Source of the DNA: Eledone cirrhosa
Lineage: Eukaryota
NCBI GenBank assembly: GCA_964016885.1
Contig: OZ024746.1
Location: 62,248,001-62,312,000, forward strand
Reading direction: 5' to 3'
DNA: 64,000 bases
Positions 38,201 to 46,044 of this stretch are shown here, piece after piece (the first letter of the stretch is position 1; the number at the start of each line of letters is the position of its first letter). The notes beneath the pieces were generated by a model that was not told the DNA's origin, did no database searches, and was given only the letters and a program-made list of their open reading frames with translations. The position numbers were made by a program, and so were the translations under genes.

Positions 38201-39897
38201 TTTGAAGCTTATATTGATATCAATGGGCAGTTTATATAATTTCACATATATTTTGTATAATAGTTTATTTGAAGCTTATATTGATATCATTGGCCAGTTT
38301 ATATAATTTCACATATATTTTGTATAATAGTTTATTTGAAGCTTATATTGATATCATTGGCCAGTTTATATAATTTCACATATATTTTGTATAATAGTTT
38401 ATTTGAAGCTTATATTGATATCATTGGCCAGTTTATATAATTTCACATATATTTTGTATTATAGTTTATTTGAAGCTTATATTGATATCATTGGCCAGTT
38501 TATATAATTTCACATATATTTTGTATTATAGTTTATTTGAAGCTTATATTGATATCATTGGCCAGTTTATATAATTTCACATATATTTTGTATTATAGTT
38601 TATTTGAAGCTTATATTGATATCATTGGCCAGTTTATATAATTCCACATATATTTTGTATTATAGTTTATTTGAAGCTTATATTGATATCATTGGCCAGT
38701 TTATATAATTCCACATATATTTTGTATTATAGTTTATTTGAAGCATACAATGCTTGCCCAAATAAAATCAGTCAGGAACAGATGATGAGTAATATCAAGG
38801 CAGGAAAATCAAACAGGTATACTCTTTTATTATTATTTTTCTAATGGTTTCAGTCATTGGACTGCTGCCATGCTGAGGTACTGCTTTTGGTTAATCTTAT
38901 TGATACTGTCCTTTTTTAAACAGGTGTTATATCAAACACATAAACACAAACAGTGATATTATCTAACCATCTTGCTCATGCCAATTGGTTTTGCCCAGAA
39001 AATTTGTTCAGAAAATCTGTCCTTAGACATTCTAACAACATGTCTGTCGTATTGGAGTTGTGATCTGTCAATTCAGAGAAGTAGCAGCTCTACCTGGAAT
39101 GACTCTGATCTCTGAGCTGCTTACTCTATTCACTGACGTTACTCTAAAGACCATTTGGAGGAAACCCATTTTGGCTGTTTGTATTTGCAATCCTACTCTT
39201 TCAGTCATTACCCATGATTCATAATTTAAAATTTAATCATTATTAAAAATTGTGGTTAAATTTTAAAATTATGATTAAATTTTAAAATGAAAGATACTGA
39301 GTTTCAAGTACTACTGAGTAATTTTCTTAAGAAATTCAAGGTGGACATAGGCTTGGCTGTGTGTTTATGAAGCTTTTTTTTTTACAACTGTATGGTTCTG
39401 GGTTTGTTCCCACTTCACTGTATCTTAAATAAGTGTCTGCTATAGTGTTGGGATCACCAAAGCCTTATGACTGAAATTTAGTGGACAGAAACTGTATGGA
39501 AGTCCATCAAAGTGGTAATTCCTGTTATTTTTTAAAGAGGGAAGACATAATCCATTGCTCTGTTTAATACCACTACCTTATTATTAGATGCCTTTACTAG
39601 ATATTACACTGTTGCAGGAATTAAGGCCAGGTGTCCAGTCTAAGGATAATTTCTTCCTATCACTCCTCTCTCCCTCTCTCTGTATTGCCATATCTCCATG
39701 GGTACTTCTTTCTTCTAAGGCATATTAAAAGAAAAAAGAATGGAGAAAAGATTTATGGAAAATTTATAATTTATAGCAATTAAAGAAAATCTGTCTCAGT
39801 CAGCCCATTCTAATGTTCTTGTTCCATTTGTTCTTGCAGAAATTTTGGTCCAGTTCTAAGCAGAAAAATTCAACAGTTCTACTGTCCAGATCGTTGA
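12563..39897 (+). CDS. MUS81: Crossover junction endonuclease MUS81, 17 coding exons, 652 aa
   Basis: join(12563-12700,14885-14957,21505-21561,22164-22384,24110-24199,24497-24562,25961-26046,27492-27725,29143-29328,30333-30451,31874-31971,33397-33513,34407-34502,35853-35984,37020-37123,38733-38816,39840-39897); all GT-AG, phases consistent, 1959 nt; motifs [73 protein letters not shown]. Confidence 0.96.
12717..13450 (-). mobile_element. tRNA-derived SINE split by a CR1-like LINE 3' fragment (12806-13343)
   Basis: SINE consensus breaks at gaggtaaa and resumes at gcaaagttaacctcgg; the insert encodes [31 protein letters not shown] (CR1 ORF2 C-terminus) with a (TTA)n tail. Confidence 0.88.
13505..13935. 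repeat. GT-rich compound minisatellite
   Basis: Recurring gtgtgtggttgtatgtctatgtccgtctgtgtgagtgtgtagtt units. Confidence 0.85.
14050..14515 (+). repeat. Four diverged ~130-bp tandem copies of a SINE-body segment
   Basis: aaatgcacccagtacactctg..gttggt..gaagg..tagaaacc near 14085, 14214, 14355, 14487; the same motif is dispersed near 28550, 30740, 37440, 41900. Confidence 0.65.
14885..14957 (+). CDS. MUS81: MUS81 exon 2 ([25 protein letters not shown])
   Basis: tctatag| acceptor, |gtttgt donor; N-terminal HhH motif. Confidence 0.93.
15006..15213 (+). mobile_element. piggyBac-like MITE (TTAA TSD, CCCTTT...AAAGGG)
   Basis: ttaa|ccctttaacatt ... aatgctaaaggg|ttaa; homologues at 23012, 24933, 42997. 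Confidence 0.85.
15387..15839 (-). mobile_element. Possible solo LTR
   Basis: TGTAGT...ACTACA termini, CpG-richer interior, AATAAA on the minus strand; no clear TSD. Confidence 0.35.
15840..15960 (+). mobile_element. Left half of a Tc2/pogo-type MITE
   Basis: tatatactcgtatataagctgagaaatatgt..tcgatggta matches the complete MITE at 39947-40121; no right TIR seen. Confidence 0.6.
16040..21468. repeat. 63-bp tandem satellite, about 85 units, in MUS81 intron 2
   Basis: Unit ~ctgtggaaagtactcctctaagatattaccacactgtgtagacactactgtattatgatatgg; 60-bp variants; degenerate left edge. Confidence 0.97.
21505..21561 (+). CDS. MUS81: MUS81 exon 3 ([19 protein letters not shown])
   Basis: ttttgtag| acceptor, |gtaaga donor; completes the FGxKIC hairpin; phase 1-1. 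Confidence 0.92.
21641..21991. repeat. 34-bp minisatellite, about 10 units
   Basis: taatgtagccacaccacatgactttatagttcat. Confidence 0.92.
22164..22384 (+). CDS. MUS81: MUS81 exon 4 (low-complexity linker GLEISEIFD...LTSTK)
   Basis: tttctgaag| acceptor, aaa|gtttgt donor; phase 1-0 bridges exons 3 and 5. Confidence 0.8.
23012..23232 (-). mobile_element. piggyBac-like MITE, inverted relative to the 15006 and 24933 copies
   Basis: ttaa|ccctttagcatttac ... gatgctaaaggg|ttaa. Confidence 0.85.
23295..23500 (+). mobile_element. RTE-clade LINE 3' remnant
   Basis: gcaaagccaaccggcaagagaccc..ggataacatccatgagct..ctctcaggaataag..(gaa)n; homologous to 62040-62410. Confidence 0.6.
23540..23872 (-). mobile_element. 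SINE (-) containing an antisense-inserted full SINE (+, 23637-23814)
   Basis: 12-bp TSD attattttatca at 23625-23636 and 23815-23826. Confidence 0.85.
24110..24199 (+). CDS. MUS81: MUS81 exon 5 (winged helix: [17 protein letters not shown])
   Basis: ttgcag| acceptor, aag|gtaaat donor; phase 0-0. Confidence 0.94.
24497..24562 (+). CDS. MUS81: MUS81 exon 6 ([22 protein letters not shown])
   Basis: ttttcag| acceptor, |gtaagt donor; winged-helix motif TKxELxxxAQ. Confidence 0.93.
24933..25143 (+). mobile_element. piggyBac-like MITE
   Basis: ttaa|ccttttagcattta ... aatgctaatggg|ttaa. Confidence 0.85.
25364..25880 (+). mobile_element. RTE-clade LINE 3' fragment with (GAT)n tail
   Basis: Decayed [14 protein letters not shown]..; ends catgcaagcatggaaaa..aaatgatgatgatg. 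Confidence 0.75.
25961..26046 (+). CDS. MUS81: MUS81 exon 7 ([28 protein letters not shown])
   Basis: ctttcag| acceptor, |gtaagt donor; winged-helix recognition helix YxAWSS. Confidence 0.94.
27492..27725 (+). CDS. MUS81: MUS81 exon 8 ([14 protein letters not shown]...)
   Basis: ttctccag| acceptor, ga|gtaaat donor; YSLTxxG winged-helix wing motif. Confidence 0.9.
28004..28193 (+). mobile_element. tRNA-derived SINE with Nin/Deu-like central domain (main family)
   Basis: A box tggcagtatcgg-like, B box gagttcaaatcc, core ttaactttgcctttcatccttacggggtcgataaa, tail agaaacaattatta. Confidence 0.88.
28348..28688 (+). mobile_element. Second tRNA-head SINE family with RTE-type tail
   Basis: tggcttagtggttaga..gagttcaattc..ccttgaacaagacactttatttcacattg; relatives at ~26660 (+), ~36150-36392 (-), ~40700-41005 (-). 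Confidence 0.7.
29143..29328 (+). CDS. MUS81: MUS81 exon 9 (...[19 protein letters not shown])
   Basis: aatcag| acceptor, gg|gtaagt donor; start of the ERCC4 domain (VLxVDxxE). Confidence 0.93.
29768..30131 (-). mobile_element. Mariner deletion derivative(s) with three TIR copies
   Basis: TIR cgagggcaatcccaaaagtaaggtctc at 29768, inverted copies ending ~29914 and 30131, TA flanks; minus-strand remnants [17 protein letters not shown] and [13 protein letters not shown]. Confidence 0.8.
30333..30451 (+). CDS. MUS81: MUS81 exon 10 (…[16 protein letters not shown]…)
   Basis: acgtag| acceptor, g|gtatgt donor; catalytic GD motif. Confidence 0.96.
30600..30920 (+). mobile_element. RTE-tailed SINE; close relative at 37350-37675
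   Basis: caccaccctttctctgtaaagttatgttggtaccac..taacccatgctagcgtggaagata..(gat)n shared by both copies. Confidence 0.75.
31874..31971 (+). CDS. MUS81: MUS81 exon 11 ([29 protein letters not shown])
   Basis: caccag| acceptor, |gtatgt donor; ERKxxxD active-site motif. Confidence 0.97.
32029..32492 (+). mobile_element. Two full-length main-family SINEs (32029-32218, 32299-32492)
   Basis: Both run from ggtgaattggcagtatcggtagagggtcgg to agtagaaacaattatta. Confidence 0.9.
32499..32800. mobile_element. Tigger/pogo-type MITE
   Basis: ta|cagtggaaccttagtt ... aactaaggttccacta TIRs. Confidence 0.8.
32801..33332 (+). mobile_element. Non-autonomous Helitron
   Basis: A|TCTATAATATAATAAAG start; aacccgaagtgtggtt hairpin, then CTAG|T at 33329-33333. 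Confidence 0.7.
33397..33513 (+). CDS. MUS81: MUS81 exon 12 ([19 protein letters not shown]...QAITNTQ)
   Basis: atgcag| acceptor, cag|gtaata donor. Confidence 0.96.
33604..34237. repeat. 50-bp minisatellite, about 12.5 units
   Basis: gcaattgttgttatagtttagccacaggtcagtactggtcaagcagacct. Confidence 0.94.
34407..34502 (+). CDS. MUS81: MUS81 exon 13 ([32 protein letters not shown])
   Basis: atacag| acceptor, |gtgagt donor. Confidence 0.95.
35322..35524. mobile_element. Mariner-type MITE
   Basis: ta|tgacggtcagctgaaaggttcataggctgac ... gtcagcctatgaacttattcagccaaccgttg|ta. Confidence 0.8.
35853..35984 (+). CDS. MUS81: MUS81 exon 14 (KKTLYG...[12 protein letters not shown])
   Basis: ttacag| acceptor (CAGAAG NAGNAG), aag|gtgact donor; FxxFNxxAxK motif. 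Confidence 0.92.
37020..37123 (+). CDS. MUS81: MUS81 exon 15 ([34 protein letters not shown])
   Basis: gaacag| acceptor, ag|gtgagc donor; first C-terminal HhH. Confidence 0.95.
37879..38744 (+). repeat. 67-bp tandem array containing the exon-16 splice acceptor (13 AG copies)
   Basis: tag|tttatttgaagc with AG ending at 37928 + 67k, k = 0..12; the last (38732) is the real acceptor. Confidence 0.96.
38733..38816 (+). CDS. MUS81: MUS81 exon 16 ([28 protein letters not shown])
   Basis: tattatag| acceptor, ag|gtatac donor; phase 2-2; matches LxxAYxxC...IKxG. Confidence 0.93.
39840..39897 (+). CDS. MUS81: MUS81 terminal exon 17 ([18 protein letters not shown])
   Basis: cttgcag| acceptor; RNxGPxLS second HhH hairpin; TGA at 39895-39897. 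Confidence 0.95.
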
Positions 39898-39946
39898 TAA
39901 TATTGTAGTATTGATGAAAATTTCAAACATCTACATTTTAAAATTA

Positions 39947-40121
39947 CCATATATACTCGAATATAAGCCAAGAAATATGTGACCAAAACATTCGATGGTA
40001 GGAGGGGGGTCAACTTATATTCAAGGTCAATATTTTAATGATTTTTCACCAATCAAATTGGATTTTTGCCCATTTCGCAGACATACAATAGTGGGGTCAG
40101 CTTATATTCGAGTATATACGG
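39947..40121. mobile_element. Tc2/pogo-type MITE in the probable MUS81 3' UTR
   Basis: ta|ccatatatactcgaatataagc ... gcttatattcgagtatatacgg|ta. Confidence 0.85.
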
Positions 40122-40446
40122 TATATTCAATAATTCCGTTGTACAAGTAATTATTACCTCCCTGAATTCAACAACAGTTTTACTGTACAAAATATTGATA
40201 TTTGAATATATTGATGAAAAGAAGATATTTAAAGCTTTGAATTATATTAAATGATTCTAATGTATTGATAATTGATTGAGTTTGAGAGGACATCAATAGC
40301 TGTTAATTACAGTTGTTAGTCCAATGGAACCTAGATGAACTTGAACAACTGTTTTATTGAAGAGTTCATCACAAAATGTACCCATCCTTTACTTGTTTTC
40401 AGAAGAAACGAATATTTTATATATCGCCTTTTTATCAAGAAATTGA

Positions 40447-40452
40447 AATAAA
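40447..40452 (+). terminator. Candidate MUS81 polyadenylation signal
   Basis: First AATAAA noticed after the stop, with upstream TGTA elements; ATTAAA at ~40246 is an alternative. Confidence 0.35.
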
Positions 40453-41261
40453 CATTTTTTAAAAATATATTTCTATCCATTTTACAAATTTCTGAAATTT
40501 GAAGCTTCCTCAACACAAAATTCAACCATTTTATTTTCTTCTGAAACAAATTGAGAGAATTTAGTATAATATTTATAAGCTTTGAAGTATATAGAAGTGT
40601 GATACTGATTAGTTGTAAGCTACAGAATATGATGGAGGCTTGTGGAAAATGAGGTAAGCAGGGTCTGTTGTATGGTTGATATTTATCTGCATAAAAGGTG
40701 GAGCACAAGATGGATGTACTCCATCGGTTACGACAATGAGTGTTCCAATTGATCCAATCAACGGAACACTCTGCTCAAGAAATTAACGCACAAGTGGCTG
40801 AGCATTCCACCGACGTAGTTCTCTGGGAGATTCAGCATGACAACGAATGTGAGAAGGCTGGCCCTTCAAATTACAGGTACAGCTCATTATTGCCAGCTGA
40901 ATGGACTGGGGCAACATGAAATAAAGTGTCCTTGAGCAAGAGCTCAAGGACACAACACACTGCCAGGAATTGAACTCACAACCTTACAATTCTAAGCCAC
41001 ACACCTTCTCTTATAATAATTGTTTCTACTTTTCGTACAAGGCCAGCAATTACTCCAGTGCATTACTGGTACTTAATTTTATCAAACGTGCATGTTTAGG
41101 AGGTTTCTATTTATATAGTTCTGGATCCAAATAGCTGTTTATATACAGCAACAGCTACATCCTGGTAAACCAATAGCAAAGGCCAGCTAAACAATTGAAT
41201 AAAATTAGTGATAGCCAGCTTGTGGTTCAGGAAAGTAGATATCTGTGTGTGGTGAGCTTAA

Positions 41262-41727
41262 TATGGAATATACTATAGCCGACAGGATGGAATATACTAT
41301 AGCTGACAGGATTGGAATATACTATAGCCGACAGGATGGAATATACTATAGCTGACAGGATGGAATATACTATAGCCGACAGGATCGGAATATACTATAG
41401 CCGACAGGATCGGAATATACTATAGCCGACAGGATCAGAATATACTATAGCCCACAGGATGGAATATACTATAGCCGACAGGATCGGAATATACTATAGC
41501 CGACAGGATCGGAATATACTATAGCCGACAGGATGGAATATACTATAGCCGACAGGATCGGAATATACTATAGCCGACAGGATCGGAATATACTATAGCC
41601 GACAGGATCGGAATATACTATAGCCGACAGGATCGGAATATACTATAGCCCACAGGATGGAATATACTATAGCCGACAGGATGGAATATACTATAGCCGA
41701 CAGGATCGGAATATACTATAGCCCACA
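41262..41727. repeat. 24/25-bp minisatellite, about 19 units
   Basis: ggaatatactatagccgacaggat(c) head-to-tail with no spacers. Confidence 0.95.
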
Positions 41728-42210
41728 GAGACTCTGAGTCTGATAATATTATGGGGCTATATAATAGAGGAGCACTAATGTTAGGAGATGAGTACTCTGG
41801 AGTAAATTCTCCAAACATACAATGTTTGGAAACACTGTACTCCATTCTGTTAGTTAACAAATCAGTAACACTTGAACTGCATAGAGTCAGAACAAATACA
41901 TTCCCAGCACACATTTTCAATGTGGTTGGCGTTAGGAAGGGCATCCAGCCGTAGAAAACCAGCCAGAAACACCCCTATATGAGTGAGACATGGTCACTCG
42001 ACCCAACTTGCCTCTAAATGTGACTCGTCTAACCCATGCTAGCGTGGAAGATAGATGTTAATCGATGATGATGAGGATGATGATTCTAACTACTTTGCCA
42101 ATTTATGGCCTTAAATTGTTCAAAATCGATTATTTAATAAAATTAAATCTTCATTTTCTTTTGTTGTTTTTTAATACATCAGCTAATATTCAGATGGTAT
42201 TATTATTTAA

Positions 42211-42793
42211 ATCCCGCCGAGGTTAACTTTGCCTTTCATCCTTACGGGGTCGATAAAATAAAGTACCAGTAATGTACTGAGTAATTGATGGCCTTGTGCC
42301 AAAAGTAGAAACAATTATTATTTAACTTTGTCAAAACTTTAGGTACCGTTCAATTTACTCCTTAAAATGTTCAAGCCTACACAATCAATATTTCAATAAA
42401 TTCATTAACACTTGTTACACATCAAGTAAGTTTATCATTTGAACTTCCAATGAACACCATAGAGAACCACTTTTGCCTTACACCAAATCCCGCCGGGGTT
42501 AACTTAGCCTTTCATTCTTATGGGGTCGATAAAATAAAGTACCAGTAATGCACTGGGATAATTGCTGGCCTTGTGCCAAAAGTAGAAACAATTATTACAC
42601 CAAAGGTGGATTGGCAGTATCGGCAGAGGATCGGATGCCATGATATGACGCATAGAGTTACAGCCCTTGCCATTCAGAGTTCAAATCCCGCCGGGGTTAA
42701 CTTAACCTTTCATCCTTACGGGGACGATAAAATAAAGTACCAGTAATACACTGGGTGATTGTTGGCCTTGTGCCAAAAGTAGAAACAATCATT
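42211..42793 (+). mobile_element. SINE cluster: two 5'-truncated copies (42211-42320, 42487-42597) and one full copy (42605-42793)
   Basis: Main-family consensus; TSDs attattatttaa and ttacaccaa(a). Confidence 0.88.
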
Positions 42794-42996
42794 ACACCTG
42801 TAGACTTGAGGGAGCATTAGCCCCAGAGGTCAGAGTGGCCATGGCTTTTTGTGAGCTTTCTCCACAAGTGACCCATGGTTTCCTCCAACCCCTATTTGGG
42901 GATTTGTTTTGTTTGATTTTTAAAGTTTTGCTGTTTTTTTTTTTTACACAAAGACCCACACTATATTGCCATGCACCTTCTTTATTGTTTGTTTAA

Positions 42997-43204
42997 CCCT
43001 TTAGCATTTAATCCAGCTGTATCCAATCAAATTCTCTCACGTCTTCCTGTTCAAACCAGCTGTAACCAGCCGCTCATATTGATGTTAAGATATTGTTCTT
43101 AAAATAAATATCAAAATCTCATAGATTCGATATTATGTGAGATAGTTATGTGAGGTAAAGTGTTTACCGTGAAAATATAATAGTATATATAGAGTAATGT
43201 AAAT
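42997..43204 (+). mobile_element. piggyBac-like MITE lacking its right end, abutting a LINE
   Basis: ttaa|ccctttagcatttaa ... gagtaatgtaaat, then CR1 sequence. Confidence 0.75.
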
Positions 43205-44550
43205 CATCAGAAAGAAACTGACCGCCTAACTAGCACACAGCATGGCTTTCGGCCAGGAAGAAGCTACCTTACACAGTGGTTACAACACTATGACTGGATA
43301 CTACTGAAACAACTGTTGGACAGTTCACATGTGGACGTGATATATCTTGAGTTTGTGAAGGCCTTTGACAAGGTCGACCACAGAATGATCTGTCACAAAC
43401 TACTCAGACTCAGCATAACTGGAAAAGTAGGTGAGTGGCTGCATGATTTCTTAAAAGACAGAAACCAGACAGTTGCAGCTAATGGGGCCCTCTCAAAGGA
43501 AACACCAATAACAGGTGGCGTGCCCCAGGGGACAGTCCTGGGACCACTGCTGTTTTTGGTGGCTCTCTCAGACATGCCCTCTGTAGTATATACAACATCC
43601 CTCACTAGCTATGCTGATGACACAAAGGTAGCACAGGCAATCAAAAACCTCGCTGATGCTGCCCTTTCACAACAAGATATGGATGCCATATACAAATAGG
43701 CTGAGGACAACAACATGCAGTTTAATGATGGAAAATGTTAGCCCTACAATAACAACCTGCAAACACAAATATAGTACAACACAGCTACACCGGACCAGGA
43801 GGGATTGAAATCCCCGTCAGAATCGATACGAGACCTGAGCGATGATGCATCTTTTTCTTCACACATCATGAGGGTGGCGACAATGTGCAGATGACTCGCT
43901 GGTTGGATGTTGAGGACTTTCCAGAAAAGAGACCGAGAGACCATGTTGATACTATGGAAGACATTTGTCCTAAGCTGACTGGACTATTGCTCCCAACTGT
44001 GGTCACCCCAAAGTATCAAACTAACTACGGAGCTGGAGGCAATCCAATGAAGCTACACCAAGAGGATTGCCACAATGAAGGAAATGAGCTACTGGGAGAG
44101 GCTAAAAGAAGTGAAACTCTACTCCTTGGAACAAGGATGAGAGATATGCAGTGATATACATATGGAAAATCCTGGAAGGACTAGCACCAAACTTTGGCAT
44201 CGAGAGCTGGACGAACCCCAGAACAGGACGTCACTGTGTGGTGCCAAAGGTCCCGTCTTTCACATCTAGAATAAAGAGCAGATATTGCAATAGCCTCGGG
44301 TTCAAAGAATCTCAACTCTTCAACAAGCTGCCAAGAAATTTAAGAGATCTACATGGTGTGGACGTGGATGTTTTCAAGAAACATCTTGAAATTCTGCTAT
44401 CCAGGATCCCGGATGATCCCACAGCACAGTATGAAGGTAACCTAATGGCAGCAACAAACTCTCTTTTACACCAATGGCCAGCCAACACAGGCTGGTGATA
44501 GAACGTGTAACAACGGCAGTGCCCCAGCTGGATGGCTGGAACAGGTAAAA
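43205..44550 (+). mobile_element. CR1-clade LINE, 5'-truncated, disrupted reverse transcriptase
   Basis: QHGFRPGRS, DVIYLEFVKAFDKVDH, GVPQGTVLGPLLF, YADDTK, LFNKLP..FKKHL with stops and frameshifts. Confidence 0.92.
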
Positions 44551-44743
44551 GAGTATATATATATATATATATATATATATAGGAAAAGAGTCAGAACCCC
44601 GACGGCAGAGCTCTGGCCGTTTTGACAGCTAGATCCGAACTGTTCAGATCTAGCTGTCGAAAAGGCTGGAGCTCACTCTACTACCCTTATTGAGTACTCT
44701 AGTGTGTTATGGTCCACCTGGTATCTTACCACACCTTTTCTGT

Positions 44744-44780
<37 letters not shown>

Positions 44781-44888
44781 TAAGCTGGAAAATAAGAAAG
44801 CATAAAAATGGAATTAAATTAAACACTTAAAACCAGATTAAATTAATGAAAGAGACAATATGGTGTACTGCTTCCTATCAAATCCCTT

Positions 44889-44894
44889 TTTATT
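44889..44894 (-). terminator. Candidate minus-strand poly(A) signal of a convergent neighbouring transcript
   Basis: Minus strand reads ..ttgtacataaggcttAATAAAaaggg, with TGTA upstream. Confidence 0.3.
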
Positions 44895-45153
44895 AAGCCT
44901 TATGTACAAATTTACAAGTGAGTAATTTCTTTTGAAGTTTGTTTTCATTTGTTTTTTCTTCATATAACCATTTTTTTTTTCAAATAATTCAATTTATTTA
45001 TTCATTATTTTTTTCAATTCCCAAAATCAGCAAGATTAACTACAAAAAGTTTTTAAAAAAAATTTCAAAAAATTCCATGTACATTTCTTATTGCACAATG
45101 AGTTTTAATAGTAAAGTATACATGAAAGTAAAGAGAGAGGATGAATTGATAAT

Positions 45154-45188
<35 letters not shown>

Positions 45189-45199
45189 ATATATATGTG

Positions 45200-45252
<53 letters not shown>

Positions 45253-46012
45253 GTGTATATATATACATATATATACATATACATATACATATATATATAT
45301 ATATACACATATATATATATACACATATACATATATATATACACATAGTGATCAGCATAGTGATTAATCTACAGGGGGTTGCACAGCACAAACAATTTTT
45401 CCAACGTATGTTGAAACTTTAAAATTGTTTGCTTCTGTAGAAAAAATGTTTCAATTTTAATTTCAGAAAAAAAAAAGAAAAATGAAATAAATTCTTCTGC
45501 ATAATGATTTCTTGGGTACAAAAATTATTAAAGTATAATAATAATAATAATAATAATTGCTGTCAGAGTGAGACCAGCTCTTGCAGCAAGACACACATAT
45601 ACAAAAATAAAAAAAAAGTAAATAACAATAATAATAATAATAATAATAATAAAAATATTTGTATCCAAACAAAAGGACAACTAATCATGCCAGATGGGAC
45701 ACTTCATGTTTCCTTCAGTCGGCCAAAATGTTGCTAGCAATCAAAAATAAACAGAGTTTTTTAGTTTAGCTTTGTATAGTTACTACAAAAGAGTGTATCT
45801 ATATATGTGTGTGTTTTGGAGTGTGTCTATATGCATGCATGTGTGTGTGTATTTAGCTTTATATAGTTTTGAGAAAAGGACTGTATTTATATGTGTGTGT
45901 GTGTGTGTGTGTACGTTTAGAATGTGTCTGTACTTGTTTGTTTCAGGTGAGCAAAAAAAAAAAAAGGAAAAAAAAATTGTGTACAATTCTTATTTTTATT
46001 TGACGGTGTGTA

Positions 46013-46044
<32 letters not shown>

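Noticed and set aside
41262-41727. CRISPR-like appearance of the 24/25-bp repeat
   Set aside because: Head-to-tail units with no unique spacers, no cas genes, eukaryotic context
43316-43699. Functional reverse transcriptase gene
   Set aside because: 5'-truncated CR1 fragment with a stop at 43697-43699 and downstream frameshifts
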